Assembly (NCBI RefSeq): GCF_006345805.1
Contig: NW_021835718.1
Coordinates: forward strand, 1 to 38,878
Length of the DNA: 38,878 nt
Direction: 5' to 3'
From: Octopus sinensis
Taxonomy: Eukaryota
Shown here piece by piece: positions 1 through 10,310 of the stretch (the first letter of the stretch is position 1; each line of letters opens with the position of its first letter). A program made the translations under genes and the position numbers. The notes under the pieces are model-generated. The model worked only from the letters and a program-made list of their open reading frames with translations, had not been told where the DNA came from and ran no database searches.

Positions 1-112
1 CCTTGTTTTGAAATTGTATGGATAATACTGTATTAATTCTGGTGCCTCAACGTAAGTACCATATTCATCTGAATCTAAATTTTTGCTGAACTCATCTATA
101 TATATATATATA

Positions 113-271
113 TGACAGGATTCTTTCAGTTTCCGTCTACCAAATCCACTCCCAAGGATTTGCTCGGCTCGAGGCTATAAAGTAGAAGACACTTGGTCAA
201 GGTATCACACAATAAGACTAAACCCGGAACCATGTAATTGGAAAACAAGCTTCTTTACCACACAGCCACTG
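113..271 (-). mobile_element. SINE family A, 5' half (tRNA-like head and core)
   Basis: Reverse complement reads agtggctgtgtggtaaagaagcttgttttccaattacatggttccgggtttagtc...gtgtcttctac...gatttggtagacggaaactgaaagaatcctgtc and matches copies at 12992-13398 and 31475-31888. Confidence 0.85.
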
Positions 272-621
272 TAGATAGATAGATAGATAGGAGACCCCCT
301 TCGGTCATGAATGACCATGGGATTGCACCTAGAAAGTTACCCTCCTAGACACAAGTCCGGGCAAGGTTGTTTATGGAAGACCAGCAGTCGCCCATGCATA
401 CCAGCCTCCCCTCTCCACGCCACCAGTGTTATCCAAGGGAAAGACAAAGGTCGATACAGCTTGGCACCAGTGACGTCGCAACTCATTTCTACAGCTGAGT
501 GAACTGGAGCAACGTGAAATAAAGTGCCTTGCTCAAGAACACAACACGCAGCCCGGTCCGGGATTCGAGCTCACAACCTCACGATCGTAAGCTCGACGCT
601 CTAACCACTGAGCCATGCGCC
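272..621 (-). mobile_element. SINE family D, full length, (TATC)n tail
   Basis: Minus-strand head ggcgcatggctcagtggttagagcgtcgagcttacgatcgtgaggttgtgagctcgaatccc is tRNA-like with an A box and a degenerate B box; core gtgttcttgagcaaggcactttatttcacgttgctccag is shared with families E and F. Confidence 0.8.
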
Positions 622-644
622 TATATATATATATAAAGATATAT

Positions 645-676
<32 letters not shown>

Positions 677-680
677 CATA
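622..680. repeat. (TA)n microsatellite
   Basis: Read directly. Confidence 0.9.
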
Positions 681-852
681 CATACATAGACAGACTAATA
701 TGTAAATGCATATGATTGACTCACCGTGTCGATATCGACAAATAAATATCCAGTTTTACGATAACTCAGTGGAAACGAACAGAAATTTAGTGAATTAAAA
801 CAGTGAATAATTCTAAAACTTCTTACACACCAAATATTATCGTTGTTATATT

Positions 853-1290
853 AAGTCGGCGAGCTGGCAGAATCGTTGGTATGTTGGGCGAAATGCTTAG
901 CAGTATTTCGTCTGTCGCTACGTTCTGAGTTCAAATTCCGCCGAGGCCGACTTTGCATTTCATCCTTTCGGGGTCGATTAAATAAGTACCAGTTACGCAC
1001 TAGGGTCGATATAATCGACTTAATCCGTTTGTCGGTCCTTGTTTGTCCCCTCTGTGTGTAGCCCCTTGTGGGCAGTAAAGAAATAAGAAACGTTTGCACA
1101 ACGGGCGAAATGCTTAGAGGTATTTCGTCTGTCTTTACGTTCTGAGTTCTAATTCTGCCGAGGTCGACTTTGCCTTTTATCCTTTCAGGCTCGATAAATT
1201 AAGTACCAGTTGCGCCCTGGGGTCGATGTCATCGCCTATCCCCCTTCCCGCAATGTCAAGCTTTGAGCCTATTGTAGAAAGGATTATTTT
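853..1290 (+). mobile_element. SINE family B dimer (217-bp period)
   Basis: Head ggcgagctggcagaatcgtt, B box gagttcaaattcc, central gtcgactttgcctttcatcctttcggggtcgat domain present twice; unit starts at 904 and 1121. Confidence 0.9.
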
Positions 1291-1779
1291 TAATATATTT
1301 TGAGCCATAAGGACTAACATGTTGATTATCCTAGAAATAACAGCAAAATTCATTTGAAAACACTCTGTCATCTTAAAAAAGGAGAATGTAGGTTTGGAAT
1401 AAGATGGGAAAACCTGGACTGCAAAGCTTTCATAATAAGCTTACTTGATCACGGCTAATCGTTGACTAAACAAAACAGCTTCTGTATTTATAGTCCTAAT
1501 CGTTTATTGGTAATTTTTACTGCGTAGAAATAACGAAGTTCTGTGTAGAAATATCATACTCCGGGTATTCTTATAGCGGTCAGTCACTTTACTTCGCTTT
1601 GGACTAAAATGTGATTTTGGCGTTTTATCGAGGATGTGTAATAAAAAGATGAGAAAGAGAAAACCTGAACAAGAGAGGGAAGGGTAGAGAGAGAAAATAA
1701 CGAGGGTAAGATAAAACACGGGAGTAGACCAACAGCATTTTTGATGAAGAAATTGCCTATCAGTGTTGATTTCACTCAC

Positions 1780-1834
1780 CTTCTACTCACATCTCTCTTC
1801 GATAAGCATATTTTTTCATGATCAAGGAACTTAT
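1780..1834 (-). CDS. Candidate 55-nt internal exon (DKFLDHEKICLSKRDVSR, phase 1 to phase 2), unknown gene
   Basis: Acceptor cgtaacttttcatttcgtttcag and donor AAG|gtgagt on the minus strand; only one frame is open; no homology recognised. Confidence 0.35.
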
Positions 1835-2254
1835 CTGAAACGAAATGAAAAGTTACGAATATTTCAAGATCAAACAGCAACTCGTGGAATTTAAAACAAG
1901 TAGATATTCTCCACACTCTTTAATATCAGCTCCAGGCAATGATTTATCTATTTAATAAAATGTTTAATCTGAAAGAAGAAAGGAAGTATGTCAGTAATCT
2001 CAAATGCTGTATGGAGTGAACAGTCTGTTGGAGAGCGATTGCTCTTCAGCAGAGAAAAGAGAAAGAAGTAATTGGTTGTTTTCTTTACTCTGTTACCTTT
2101 CAACAGAATAAAGTAAATCGGATGATATGGTTAGTCTTTCTCTGCTCTTTTTTTAAAAAAAAAACTGCACTCAGGAAAGTTTATACTTTCCACTCAATCA
2201 AACCAAGCATTCAAATCAATTCTCTATTGTTACTTGTTGATTGCGATATAGGTT

Positions 2255-2645
2255 GCTATTATACGATGCAGAAACATGGACTTTGACGAAAACTGATAAA
2301 CTAGGAACTCTTTGAATGGGATATGTAGAATGTTAAGAATATCTTAGGTAAAACACAACACTAACGAAGATGGGCTCCAGGTAGAAAATACAAAAAGTTC
2401 ATTACTCTCACTATTAAAAAAACGGAGAGCTAAAGTACTTTCGGTATATAGTAAGAGCAAATGGAAAGATAAATGGCAAACACTTGAGAGAAGACTTACA
2501 ACAAACTGCTTTCATAACATTGAAGACTGGACCAAACTATCATGTTGTGAATGTGTAGCGATTGCTCAGAAAAGACCTGAATGGAGATTCTTAATATTCA
2601 ATCAGCTGCGTGTAGGTGACAGGTAATGATGATGTTGATGATAAC
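2255..2645 (+). mobile_element. Degenerate RTE-clade LINE 3' fragment (RT C-terminus) with (GAT)n tail
   Basis: Frameshifted peptides AETWTLTKTDK, CRMLRIS, LKYFRYIVRA, HNIEDWTKLS and IAQKRPEWR match RTE C-terminal motifs as I recall them. Confidence 0.7.
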
Positions 2646-2720
2646 ATAGATATTCACCAGTTCATTTAGACTTAGGAATCTACCTGGTCTTATCCGTAGG
2701 TTAATCTAAGTTATATAAAA

Positions 2721-3290
2721 GGCGGCGAGCTAGCAGAAACGTCAGCACGCCGGGCGAAATGCTTAGCGCTATTTCGTCTGCGTTACGTTGTGAGTTCGAA
2801 TTCCGCCGAGGTCGACTTTGCCTTTCATCCTTTCGGGGTCGATAAATTAAGTACCAGTTACGCACTGGGCTCGATGTAATCGACTTAATACCTATGTCTG
2901 TCCTTGTTTGTCCCCTCTGTGTTTAGCCCCTTGTGGGTAATAAAGAAATAGGTATTTCGTCTGCCGCTACGTTCTGAGTTCAAATTCCACCGAGGTCGAC
3001 TTTGCCTTTCATCCTTTCGGGGTCGATAAATTAAGTACCAGTTATGCACTGGTGTCGATATAATCGACTTAATCCGTTTGCCTGTCCTTGTTTGTCCTCT
3101 CTGTGTTTTGCCCCTTGTGAGTAGTAAAGAAATAGGTATTTCGTCTGCCGCTACGTTCTGAGCTCAAATTCCGTCGAGGTCGACTTCACCTCTCATCCTT
3201 TCGGGGTCGATAAATTAAGTACCAGTTGCGTGCAATCGATTGGCCCTCTCCCCGAAAATTTCGGGCCTTGTGCCTAGAGTAGAAAAGAAT
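2721..3290 (+). mobile_element. SINE family B trimer (183-184-bp period)
   Basis: Unit starts at 2770, 2953 and 3137; terminal unit ends ...gggccttgtgcctagagtagaaaag; possible imperfect TSD agttatatRaa. Confidence 0.9.
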
Positions 3291-3535
3291 CAGTTATATG
3301 AACCCGATCAATTTCCTTGATTTCTGTTAATATTTTCGAACGTCAAAGCTGCCAGTTCTCTAAATATTTTGCTCTCTTAAAGAAATTTAAAGAATTGAGT
3401 AAGAGTTTATCTCAAAAAAGAAAGGCCTGACCATTTATACATTCAATCGCGGATGAAATACATTGTTTCTAACTCTGGCATAAGGCTACATATTTGAAGA
3501 GGAAGTTGAAGAGTCATTTAAATCGACCCTAGTGT

Positions 3536-3790
3536 AAGCGCGTGACCTAATGGTTACGGTCGAAAGATTATGGATTCGATTCTGGGACAAGGCGATGCGT
3601 TGTGTCCTTGAGAAAAACATTCCCATTCACGTTGTTCCAGTCCACTCAGCTGTAAGAGAGTTCCAGCAATAACTGGAAAGTCGGCCCTGCGAGTTACCGG
3701 CGTCCCGTCCAGGTGATGTGGTGATCTCGGTTACTTAAACTCCAAGGAAACCGAGTTGATCGCCGGCTTTGATCACCGGCTTTGAGTCAT
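3536..3790 (+). mobile_element. SINE family E, old copy with V-SINE-like domain
   Basis: Degenerate tRNA head, shared core gttgtgtccttgag...ttcacgttgttccagtccactcagctg, then ccctgcga...ggcgtcccgtccagg...ggaaaccg resembling the V domain as recalled. Confidence 0.55.
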
Positions 3791-4361
3791 AGGGCTCATC
3801 ACAAACCAAAGACTATGTAACTAAATATATGCAAGACATTTACTTAATCCCTTAAGACCTATTAAAATGTTGAAACCTATTCCATTAATTTTAAGATTTC
3901 AGTCAGGCCATTGACTTTGAAGTGGTGTCAACTTCTTATTGTCGTTTTTGTAATGGTAGCAGACGGCTTGATTTGGTCTAAGTATTAGTAGAATATTTAT
4001 TCAATCGATGATGTACAAAAGAACTACAACATACTGCCTGAAGTATCAGTTATTGTCATACGCATGTTTTAATCTGTTACTACCACCATAGCCACTACTG
4101 ATAGACGCTGATGGACTCTCACGAATTTTCGACGAATGAGGGTTCGGCAAGATGCAGGTTCACAATGTAGGACTGTAAAAATGACCATCACCCTATGGCC
4201 ACCTTCGTGTAGGGTTAAAGCTGACTTCTGTTACCACCCTTAGTGACCCCGTCGCCTCTTACCCTATTGTCACTGGACTTTTGAAGAAAATGTGATGGTG
4301 CTGGCGCTGGTGTCTTGGTTTGCTGAACAATCTGCACAGTGAGTATTATTATAAGGAGCAT

Positions 4362-4480
4362 AAAGGCGGCAAGTTGGCAGAATAGTTAGCTCAGCGGGCA
4401 AAATGTGAGCAATGAAGTCAGTAATCGACTAGCACCCTCCACCAAATTTTAGGCCTTATGCCTGTGATAAAAAGGATTAG
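4362..4480 (+). mobile_element. Short internally deleted derivative of SINE family B
   Basis: Family B head joined directly to the family B 3' end; the same junction recurs at 5906-5958. Confidence 0.6.
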
Positions 4481-4732
4481 AGGGAGCATGGTTTGTACAG
4501 GGCTAGTTTCACTACCTCATCCTTCAGACTTGGTCTGGTGCAAAAAGTACCACGATCCCAGTAGTTTTCAGGTACTGGATATGTATGACGTTCTGATAAG
4601 AGTACACTAGGTACATGCATCACAACAATACGTGGTTAAGGTCAAACAATGGTATTGAGCAGAATATTTGCTGTAGCCCATCTTTTATACCAAGACAAAA
4701 CAATGTACATGATAACACTTCCAATCAGTTAA

Positions 4733-4733
4733 G

Positions 4734-4780
<47 letters not shown>

Positions 4781-4806
4781 TACTACTACTACTACTACTG
4801 TTATTA
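4733..4806. repeat. (TTA)n/(CTA)n microsatellite
   Basis: Read directly. Confidence 0.9.
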
Positions 4807-4807
4807 T

Positions 4808-4970
4808 TCAGTTCAAATTCTGACACCGTCGACCTTGCCTTTTATCATTTCGGGGACGATAAAATAGGGACCAGTTGACTCATAGGGTCGATGTAATCGA
4901 CTTACCCCATCAACACCACCCATCCCACCGTCTCACCCCAAGTTGCTGGCTTTGTGCCAAAATTTGCAAT
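4808..4970 (+). mobile_element. SINE family B monomer, 5'-truncated
   Basis: gttcaaattc...gtcgaccttgccttttatcatttcgggg...gggtcgatgtaatcgacttacccc...ggctttgtgccaaaattt. Confidence 0.7.
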
Positions 4971-5455
4971 CATCATCATCATCACCATCATCATCTTCTT
5001 AATCAAAATTATTATTATTTTTATTGATGCTGTTGTTGTTGTTGTTATTGCACAATCGTCATTATCAGCCGTTCAGGCCAGAGAAATACGTAAATGTTTG
5101 CACACTTCACCCCACCCCGTCCCCCACCCCGTCCCCCACCCCAACTTCACTCCTTTCATGAGTTATCTACAAGTATCACAGGTGTCTCTATTTATAACAG
5201 TTGCATGCTGTGAGATACCACTACATCATTTCCTGTGTCTGCAGCAGAGATTTCCTGGAGAAATGGTTCATGTGAGACTAGAAGTGCGATGGTTCGCTCG
5301 GAATCAGTAGTAAACACAACAACAACAGTATCAACAACAACAAAAACAACAACAACAACAAATAGCATTATTAATAATCTACACGGCTTTATTGAAACTG
5401 GAGACTGATTATCTAAACATTCTGGTTATTTTTAGGAATACTTAATATACAGATT

Positions 5456-5665
5456 AAGAACGTGAGCTGGCAGTATCATTAGCACGTCGGACAAAATGCT
5501 TAGCGGCGTTTCTTCGGGTTGTATATGTTCTCAATTCAACTCCCACCGAGGCCAATTTTGCTTTTCATCGTTGCAGGGTACCAGTTGAGTTCTCAGCTCG
5601 TTGTAAACGACAAGCACCTGTCCCAAAAATGGTACGCCTTGTGCCAAATTTTGAAACCATAATTA
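5456..5665 (+). mobile_element. SINE family B monomer, degenerate
   Basis: gagctggcagtatcattagcacgtcggacaaaatgcttagc head and cttgtgccaaattttgaaaccataatt tail. Confidence 0.7.
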
Positions 5666-5669
5666 TCAT

Positions 5670-5880
5670 TTCACTTCTAAATGTTCTTGATTTTTCTCGA
5701 TCCGCTCAATTCTCTTTTAAGTGTCTCACAGGATCTTCTTTCATGATATTTAACATTCAAGAACCGGTCTGAAAATCCTCGCTGTCCCCAACAGAGCAGT
5801 CTTCTGAGCATGTTCTGCCTTCGTATCAAAATCCCAATTTCTCCAACAAATTTCTCAAACCTGGCTCTTAATACTATCGC
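5670..5880 (-). mobile_element. R4/Dong-like non-LTR retrotransposon 3' fragment
   Basis: Minus strand encodes EHAQKTALLGTARIFRPVLEC*, the typical C-terminus after the restriction-like endonuclease of R4-clade elements. Confidence 0.7.
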
Positions 5881-5957
5881 TGCGCCAACAACTACTAACA
5901 CAGCAGGCAAAATACGGGCAATGAAGACAGTAAGCGACTAGCCCCCTCCACCAATTT

Positions 5958-6138
5958 CTTCTTCTTCTTCTTTTCTTCTTCTTCTTCTTCTTCATCATCA
6001 TCATCATCATCATCATCATTATTATTATTATATTATTATTATTATTATCATCATCATCATCATCATCATCATCACATCATCATCATCATCATTATTATTA
6101 TTATTATATTATTATTATATTATTATTATTATTATTAA

Positions 6139-6204
<66 letters not shown>

Positions 6205-6205
6205 C
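5958..6205. repeat. Compound (TTC)n/(TCA)n/(TTA)n microsatellite
   Basis: Read directly. Confidence 0.9.
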
Positions 6206-6207
6206 AT

Positions 6208-6575
6208 AAGGCGGCGAGCTGGCAGAAACATTAGCACGTCGGGCGAAATGCGTAGCCGTATTTCGTCTGCCGTTACGTTCTGAGATCGACTTTGCCTTTC
6301 ATCCTTTCGGGGTCGATAAATTAAGTACCAGTTACGCACTGGGGTCGATGTAATCGACTTAATCCGTTTGTCTGTCCTTGTTTGTCCCCTCTGTGTTTCG
6401 CCCCTTGTGGGTAATAAAGAAATAGGTATTTCGTATATCGCTCCGTTCTGAGTTCAAATTCCGCCGAGGTCGACTTTACCTTTCATCCTTTCGGTGTCGA
6501 TAAATTAAGTACCGGTGAATCGACCTTACTCTTCCCCAAAATTTCAGGCCTTGTGCCTATAGTAGAAAGGATTAT
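6208..6575 (+). mobile_element. SINE family B dimer, with a short deletion in unit 1
   Basis: Unit starts at 6259 and 6427; the B-box segment is missing from unit 1. Confidence 0.9.
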
Positions 6576-6617
6576 TATCATTATTATTAATATTATCATC
6601 ATCATCATCATTATTAT

Positions 6618-6710
6618 TGCCTTTGCACAGCGTCTAACGCTGGAGATGTACTACGGTGTCAGCTGTTCACTACCAGTGAACTAAAGTAACACCTCTTATT
6701 TTTCGAGCAC
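6618..6710 (-). mobile_element. About 93-bp repeat, probable 3' end of a (TAA)n-tailed retroelement (copy 1)
   Basis: About 85% identical by eye to 8142-8233; on the minus strand both end ...gctgtgcaaaggc followed by aat repeats. Confidence 0.5.
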
Positions 6711-6716
6711 CTTCAT

Positions 6717-6915
<199 letters not shown>

Positions 6916-7103
6916 TATGTTTGACTTTTGCTTTATATTTGTACAAGTTGGCTCCAAGTCTCACCCAGAGACCTCAAGAGACAACAGGTTGGAAGTTCAT
7001 GTTGCTATGCCTAGTGTGCCATATATTTGGGGGGGTTTTTTTGGTGCTGTACTAGTGAATGTCTAAAAAAAACCGAAAATTATGTTTGTTTTAAACCCTG
7101 AGA

Positions 7104-8130
7104 TTACATAGAAAGTATTTTGCGTAGGATATGAACAGTTCCCATGAGCACTATCTTTTGAATTTCTGCCATTTTGGGGTTTCCTGGTATCTGAGTTAGG
7201 TAGCAATCAGCCCCTTTCGCTATCATTCCCAGGGCACCTATGATTACAGGTATTATTTTAGTCTTCAGGTTCCAAATTTTGCTGATTTCTATTTCAAGAT
7301 CCTTATATTTGCTCAGTTTGTAGCCCCACCATCGCTTGACAACCGATGTTGATGTATTTGCGTTGTCGTAACTTAGCGTTTCGGCAAGAGCGCCCGATAG
7401 AGTAAGTACAAGGCTTAGAAAGAATAAGTCCTGTGGTCGATTTCTTCGAGTAAAGGTGCTGCTCCATCATGGCCGTAATCAGATGACTAAATGAATAAAA
7501 TAATATTTATATAGAGATTTAGATGAATATGGTACTTAAGTTGAGGCACCAGAATTTAGTACGGTATTAACCATACAATTTCAAAGTAAGGTGATTAAAA
7601 TCAAAATAAACAACAGGATATCCAGAGGTAAATGGAGTCGCATGAAACGATTGTATTGCATTACCTCGGGATATCCTGTTACTTATTTTGATACACACAC
7701 ACACACACACACACCACTCACAAACACACAAACACACAGATACGTTTATATCGATTGGGACAGTCATATCAATGAGGAGGCATGTTCTTTGTCTGAAGTC
7801 TTTCAATATGATGTCTGGCCTATTTGTATCTATCTTTCTGTCAGTTTGAATGGTGAAGTTCCAGAGGAGTGAGTCGTGGTCATTTTCAAGCACTGGAGGT
7901 GGTTTGTGTTCCCACCAGTTTTTTTCATGGGGCAAATCCAGGTTTTTGCAAATTACCCAGTGAATATATTGTGCAGCTCTATCATGCCTGTTGAGATACT
8001 CTGTAGGCGCTAGAAGACTACATTTGGAGACAACATGATCAATGGTTTCATTTTGTTGTTGACATACACGACATGTTGGGCTACTGCCGTTCTTTAATAT
8101 GTTGGCCTGATAGTTTCTTGTTGGTAGGCC
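7104..8130 (-). pseudogene. Split C-terminal ORF remnant of the R4-like element (zinc knuckle and PD..D endonuclease)
   Basis: CxxC...ETxxH...C knuckle and PD..D motif; continuity broken at 7320-7736; explains ORF-track entry 7567..7935. Confidence 0.85.
7315..7730 (+). repeat. 416-bp inserted copy of 10122-10537
   Basis: Identical by eye over 416 bp, including an 11-unit (AC) tract. Confidence 0.92.
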
Positions 8131-8141
8131 ATCATCAATAT

Positions 8142-8233
8142 TGCCTTTGCACAGCTTCTAACGCTGGAGGTGTACACAATGTTAGCTGTTCACTACCAGT
8201 GAATAAAGGTAACACCTCTTATTTTTCGAGCAC
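8142..8233 (-). mobile_element. About 92-bp repeat, copy 2 of 6618-6710
   Basis: tgcctttgcacagc..ctaacgctggag...agctgttcactaccagtgaa...aacacctcttatttttcgagcac is shared. Confidence 0.5.
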
Positions 8234-8237
8234 ATTC

Positions 8238-8252
8238 ATTATTATAATTATA

Positions 8253-8320
<68 letters not shown>

Positions 8321-8347
8321 GTTGTTGTTGTTGTTGTTGTTGTTATT
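8238..8347. repeat. (ATT)n/(GTT)n microsatellite
   Basis: Read directly. Confidence 0.9.
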
Positions 8348-8613
8348 AGAAGGCTTTTACATTCTAGTTTAATTTGTAGGGATCTTACCTACAAGTCTTC
8401 TCAAAACACAAGAATCTTTCTCAGGATTGTTACAGAATACAGAATTGCACCGTTCTCTAAATGGACAATGGGTATCTGAACCTTGATATCATTCAACCTC
8501 TTAGTCAGCAGTTTGTGAGTTGTGGCAACAATGCCCACTACCACAGAAAACAATTGTCGTTAGTCTTCCTCAATATCTTCATCCCCCTGGCTAAGTCTTG
8601 ATAGTACAGTTCT
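8348..8613 (-). mobile_element. Older R4-like retrotransposon 3' fragment from a different family
   Basis: Minus strand YQDLARGMKIL then (frameshift) VVVGIVATTHKLLTKRL...NGAILYSVTILRKILVF* (stop at 8401-8403); tail runs into (AAC)/(AAT)n. Confidence 0.6.
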
Positions 8614-8624
8614 ATATTTAAGAG

Positions 8625-9006
8625 GAGGCACAATGGCCCAGTGGTTAGGGCAGCGGACTCGCGGTCGTAGGATCGCGGTTTCGATTCCCAGACCGGGCGT
8701 TGTGAGTGTTTATTGAGCGAAAACACCTAAAGCTCCACGAGGCTCCGGCAGGGGATGGTGGTGATCCCTGCTGTACTCTTTCACTAAAACTTTCTCTCAC
8801 ACTTACTTCCTGTTTCTGTTGTACCTGTATTTCAAAGGGCCGGCCTTGTCACTCTCTGTGTCACGCTGAATATCCCCGAGAACTACGTTAAAGGTACACA
8901 TGTCTGTGGAGTGCTCAGCCACTTACACGTTAATTTCACGAGCAGGCTGTTCCGTTGATCGGATCAACCGGAACCCTCGTCGTCGTAACCGACGGAGTGC
9001 TTCCAA
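8625..9006 (+). mobile_element. SINE family C, full length, 11-bp TSD (probably one of the octopus OR-type tRNA-Arg-related SINEs)
   Basis: A box tggcccagtgg, B box gtttcgattcc; TSD atatttaagag at 8614-8624 and 9007-9017; the family name is recalled, not verified. Confidence 0.88.
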
Positions 9007-9509
9007 ATATTTAAGAGATGAGGAATTATGTACATTATTTACATTATTTACATTTGACGGATATTTTGTCCTCGTCTTGTTTGTTGTTAACACTTGATAG
9101 ACCTAAATTTTCTTTCTTTATTATTTCTTTTTCTCAAATGTGATATTGATTGCTTCCACTTAAACTGAAGATATGGAGGCAAGGAGACATGAGCATAGTA
9201 TCACTTAAAGCTCTGAATATTGCATCATATCCCTCCCACAACGTCTCCTAGCCACATAACATCGAGTGCGTCCGTCGATCAAGTATACAGACAACAAGCA
9301 AACAGCTTCTTGAGAGTTTGAAAGACGCTCCACAGTGACTTAACACCGAGCTCAAACACACTCAACGAAGCTGCATAGTCTTACCGTAAGAGATGGTCAA
9401 ACAATAGTCTCTCTGTATATTTGAAGCAAGATTTGTAGACAGAAATCTTGAGGGATCGTCGAGATTGATACCTATCGTCTCTATAAGTGGGCTGGGGATG
9501 TTCTTAGAC

Positions 9510-9715
9510 GCAGGCAAGGCTCTGTGTTTAAGAAGATCGTTATCTTCTTAAACACACGGCCTTGCCTTCTTTCTGGTTCAGTCTCACTGCGTGACACCTT
9601 CGGCAAGTGCTTGGCACAATAACTATGTCATGGACAGACGCTTTGTAAATGAAATTGGTGGGCGGAAACTGTGAGGTAGCCCATCGTGCATTTATATATA
9701 ACTTGTGCACGTGTG
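9510..9715 (+). mobile_element. Old SINE family A 5' half with a hairpin-converted head
   Basis: ggttcagtctcactgcgtgacaccttcggcaagtg...gtaaatgaaattggtgggcggaaactg matches the family A core. Confidence 0.65.
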
Positions 9716-9769
9716 TGTGTATGTGTGCCTGTGTGTATGTGTGCCTCTGTGTGTGTGTGTGCGTGCGTG

Positions 9770-9822
<53 letters not shown>
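9716..9822. repeat. (TG)n microsatellite
   Basis: Read directly. Confidence 0.9.
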
Positions 9823-9824
<2 letters not shown>

Positions 9825-9943
9825 ATACATGCTATTATTTGTAGCATTATCTTCGAATTCCATCGTTGAAAAAATCGACTCATTTCATTTCTTCTGACGT
9901 AAGAAATATGTGTGTAAGAAATATGTATATATATATTTATATA

Positions 9944-10310
9944 GGCGCAAGCATGGCTCTCTGGGAAGAAGCTTGCTTCCCAACCATATGGTTCCGCATG
10001 ACACCTTGCGCAAGTGTCTTCTAGTATAGCCTCGGGCCGACCAGAGCCTTGTGAGTGGATTTAGTCGACGGAATCTGGAAGAAACCCGTCGCATATATAT
10101 GTGTGAGTGTGTGCGTGCCTGAGTTTGTAGCCCCACCATCGCTTGACAACCGATGTTGATGTATTTGCGTTGTCGTAACTTAGCGTTTCGGCAAGAGCGC
10201 CCGATAGAGTAAGTACAAGGCTTAGAAAGAATAAGTCCTGTGGTCGATTTCTTCGAGTAAAGGTGCTGCTCCATCATGGCCGTAATCAGATGACTAAATG
10301 AATAAAATAA
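9944..10310 (+). mobile_element. SINE family A, near full length
   Basis: Head ggcgcaagcatggctct, core caagtgtcttctagtatagcctcgggccgacc, internal TA/TG tract, 3' half ending ggccgtaatcagatgactaaa. Confidence 0.85.

Larger units (their letters stand above)
6916..8130 (-). mobile_element. 5'-truncated R4/Dong-clade non-LTR retrotransposon (CCHC knuckle, RLE endonuclease, 3' UTR, (TAA)n tail), interrupted by a 416-bp insertion
   Basis: 8130-7737 encodes GLPTRNYQANILKNGSSPTCRVCQQQNETIDHVVSKC...RPDIILKDFRQRTCLLIDMTVP; 7319-7104 encodes KLSKYKDLEIEISKIWNLKTKIIPVIIGALG...ILRKILSM*; both halves are stop-free. Confidence 0.9.

Noticed and set aside
1-57. Plus-strand donor-like AAC|gtaagt at 52
   Set aside because: All three upstream frames contain stops within 50 nt; at most a non-coding exon, which cannot be judged at the window edge
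728-741. 14-bp perfect palindrome tgtcgatatcgaca
   Set aside because: Short, and it resembles the gtcgat/atcgac hairpin of SINE B; probably a decayed fragment or chance
2770-3290. Regularly spaced repeats that could suggest a CRISPR-like array
   Set aside because: The units are whole 184-bp SINE segments without unique spacers, in a eukaryotic context with no cas genes
5245-5408. Plus-strand exon-like frame AEISWRNGSCETRS...TTTT...GD*
   Set aside because: The acceptor is plausible, but there is no good donor or homology and the open frame is helped by a (CAA)n tract
8625-8700. tRNA-like sequences at the heads of families C, D and F
   Set aside because: They have A and B boxes but no complete acceptor stem, and each continues into a SINE body, so they are not tRNA genes
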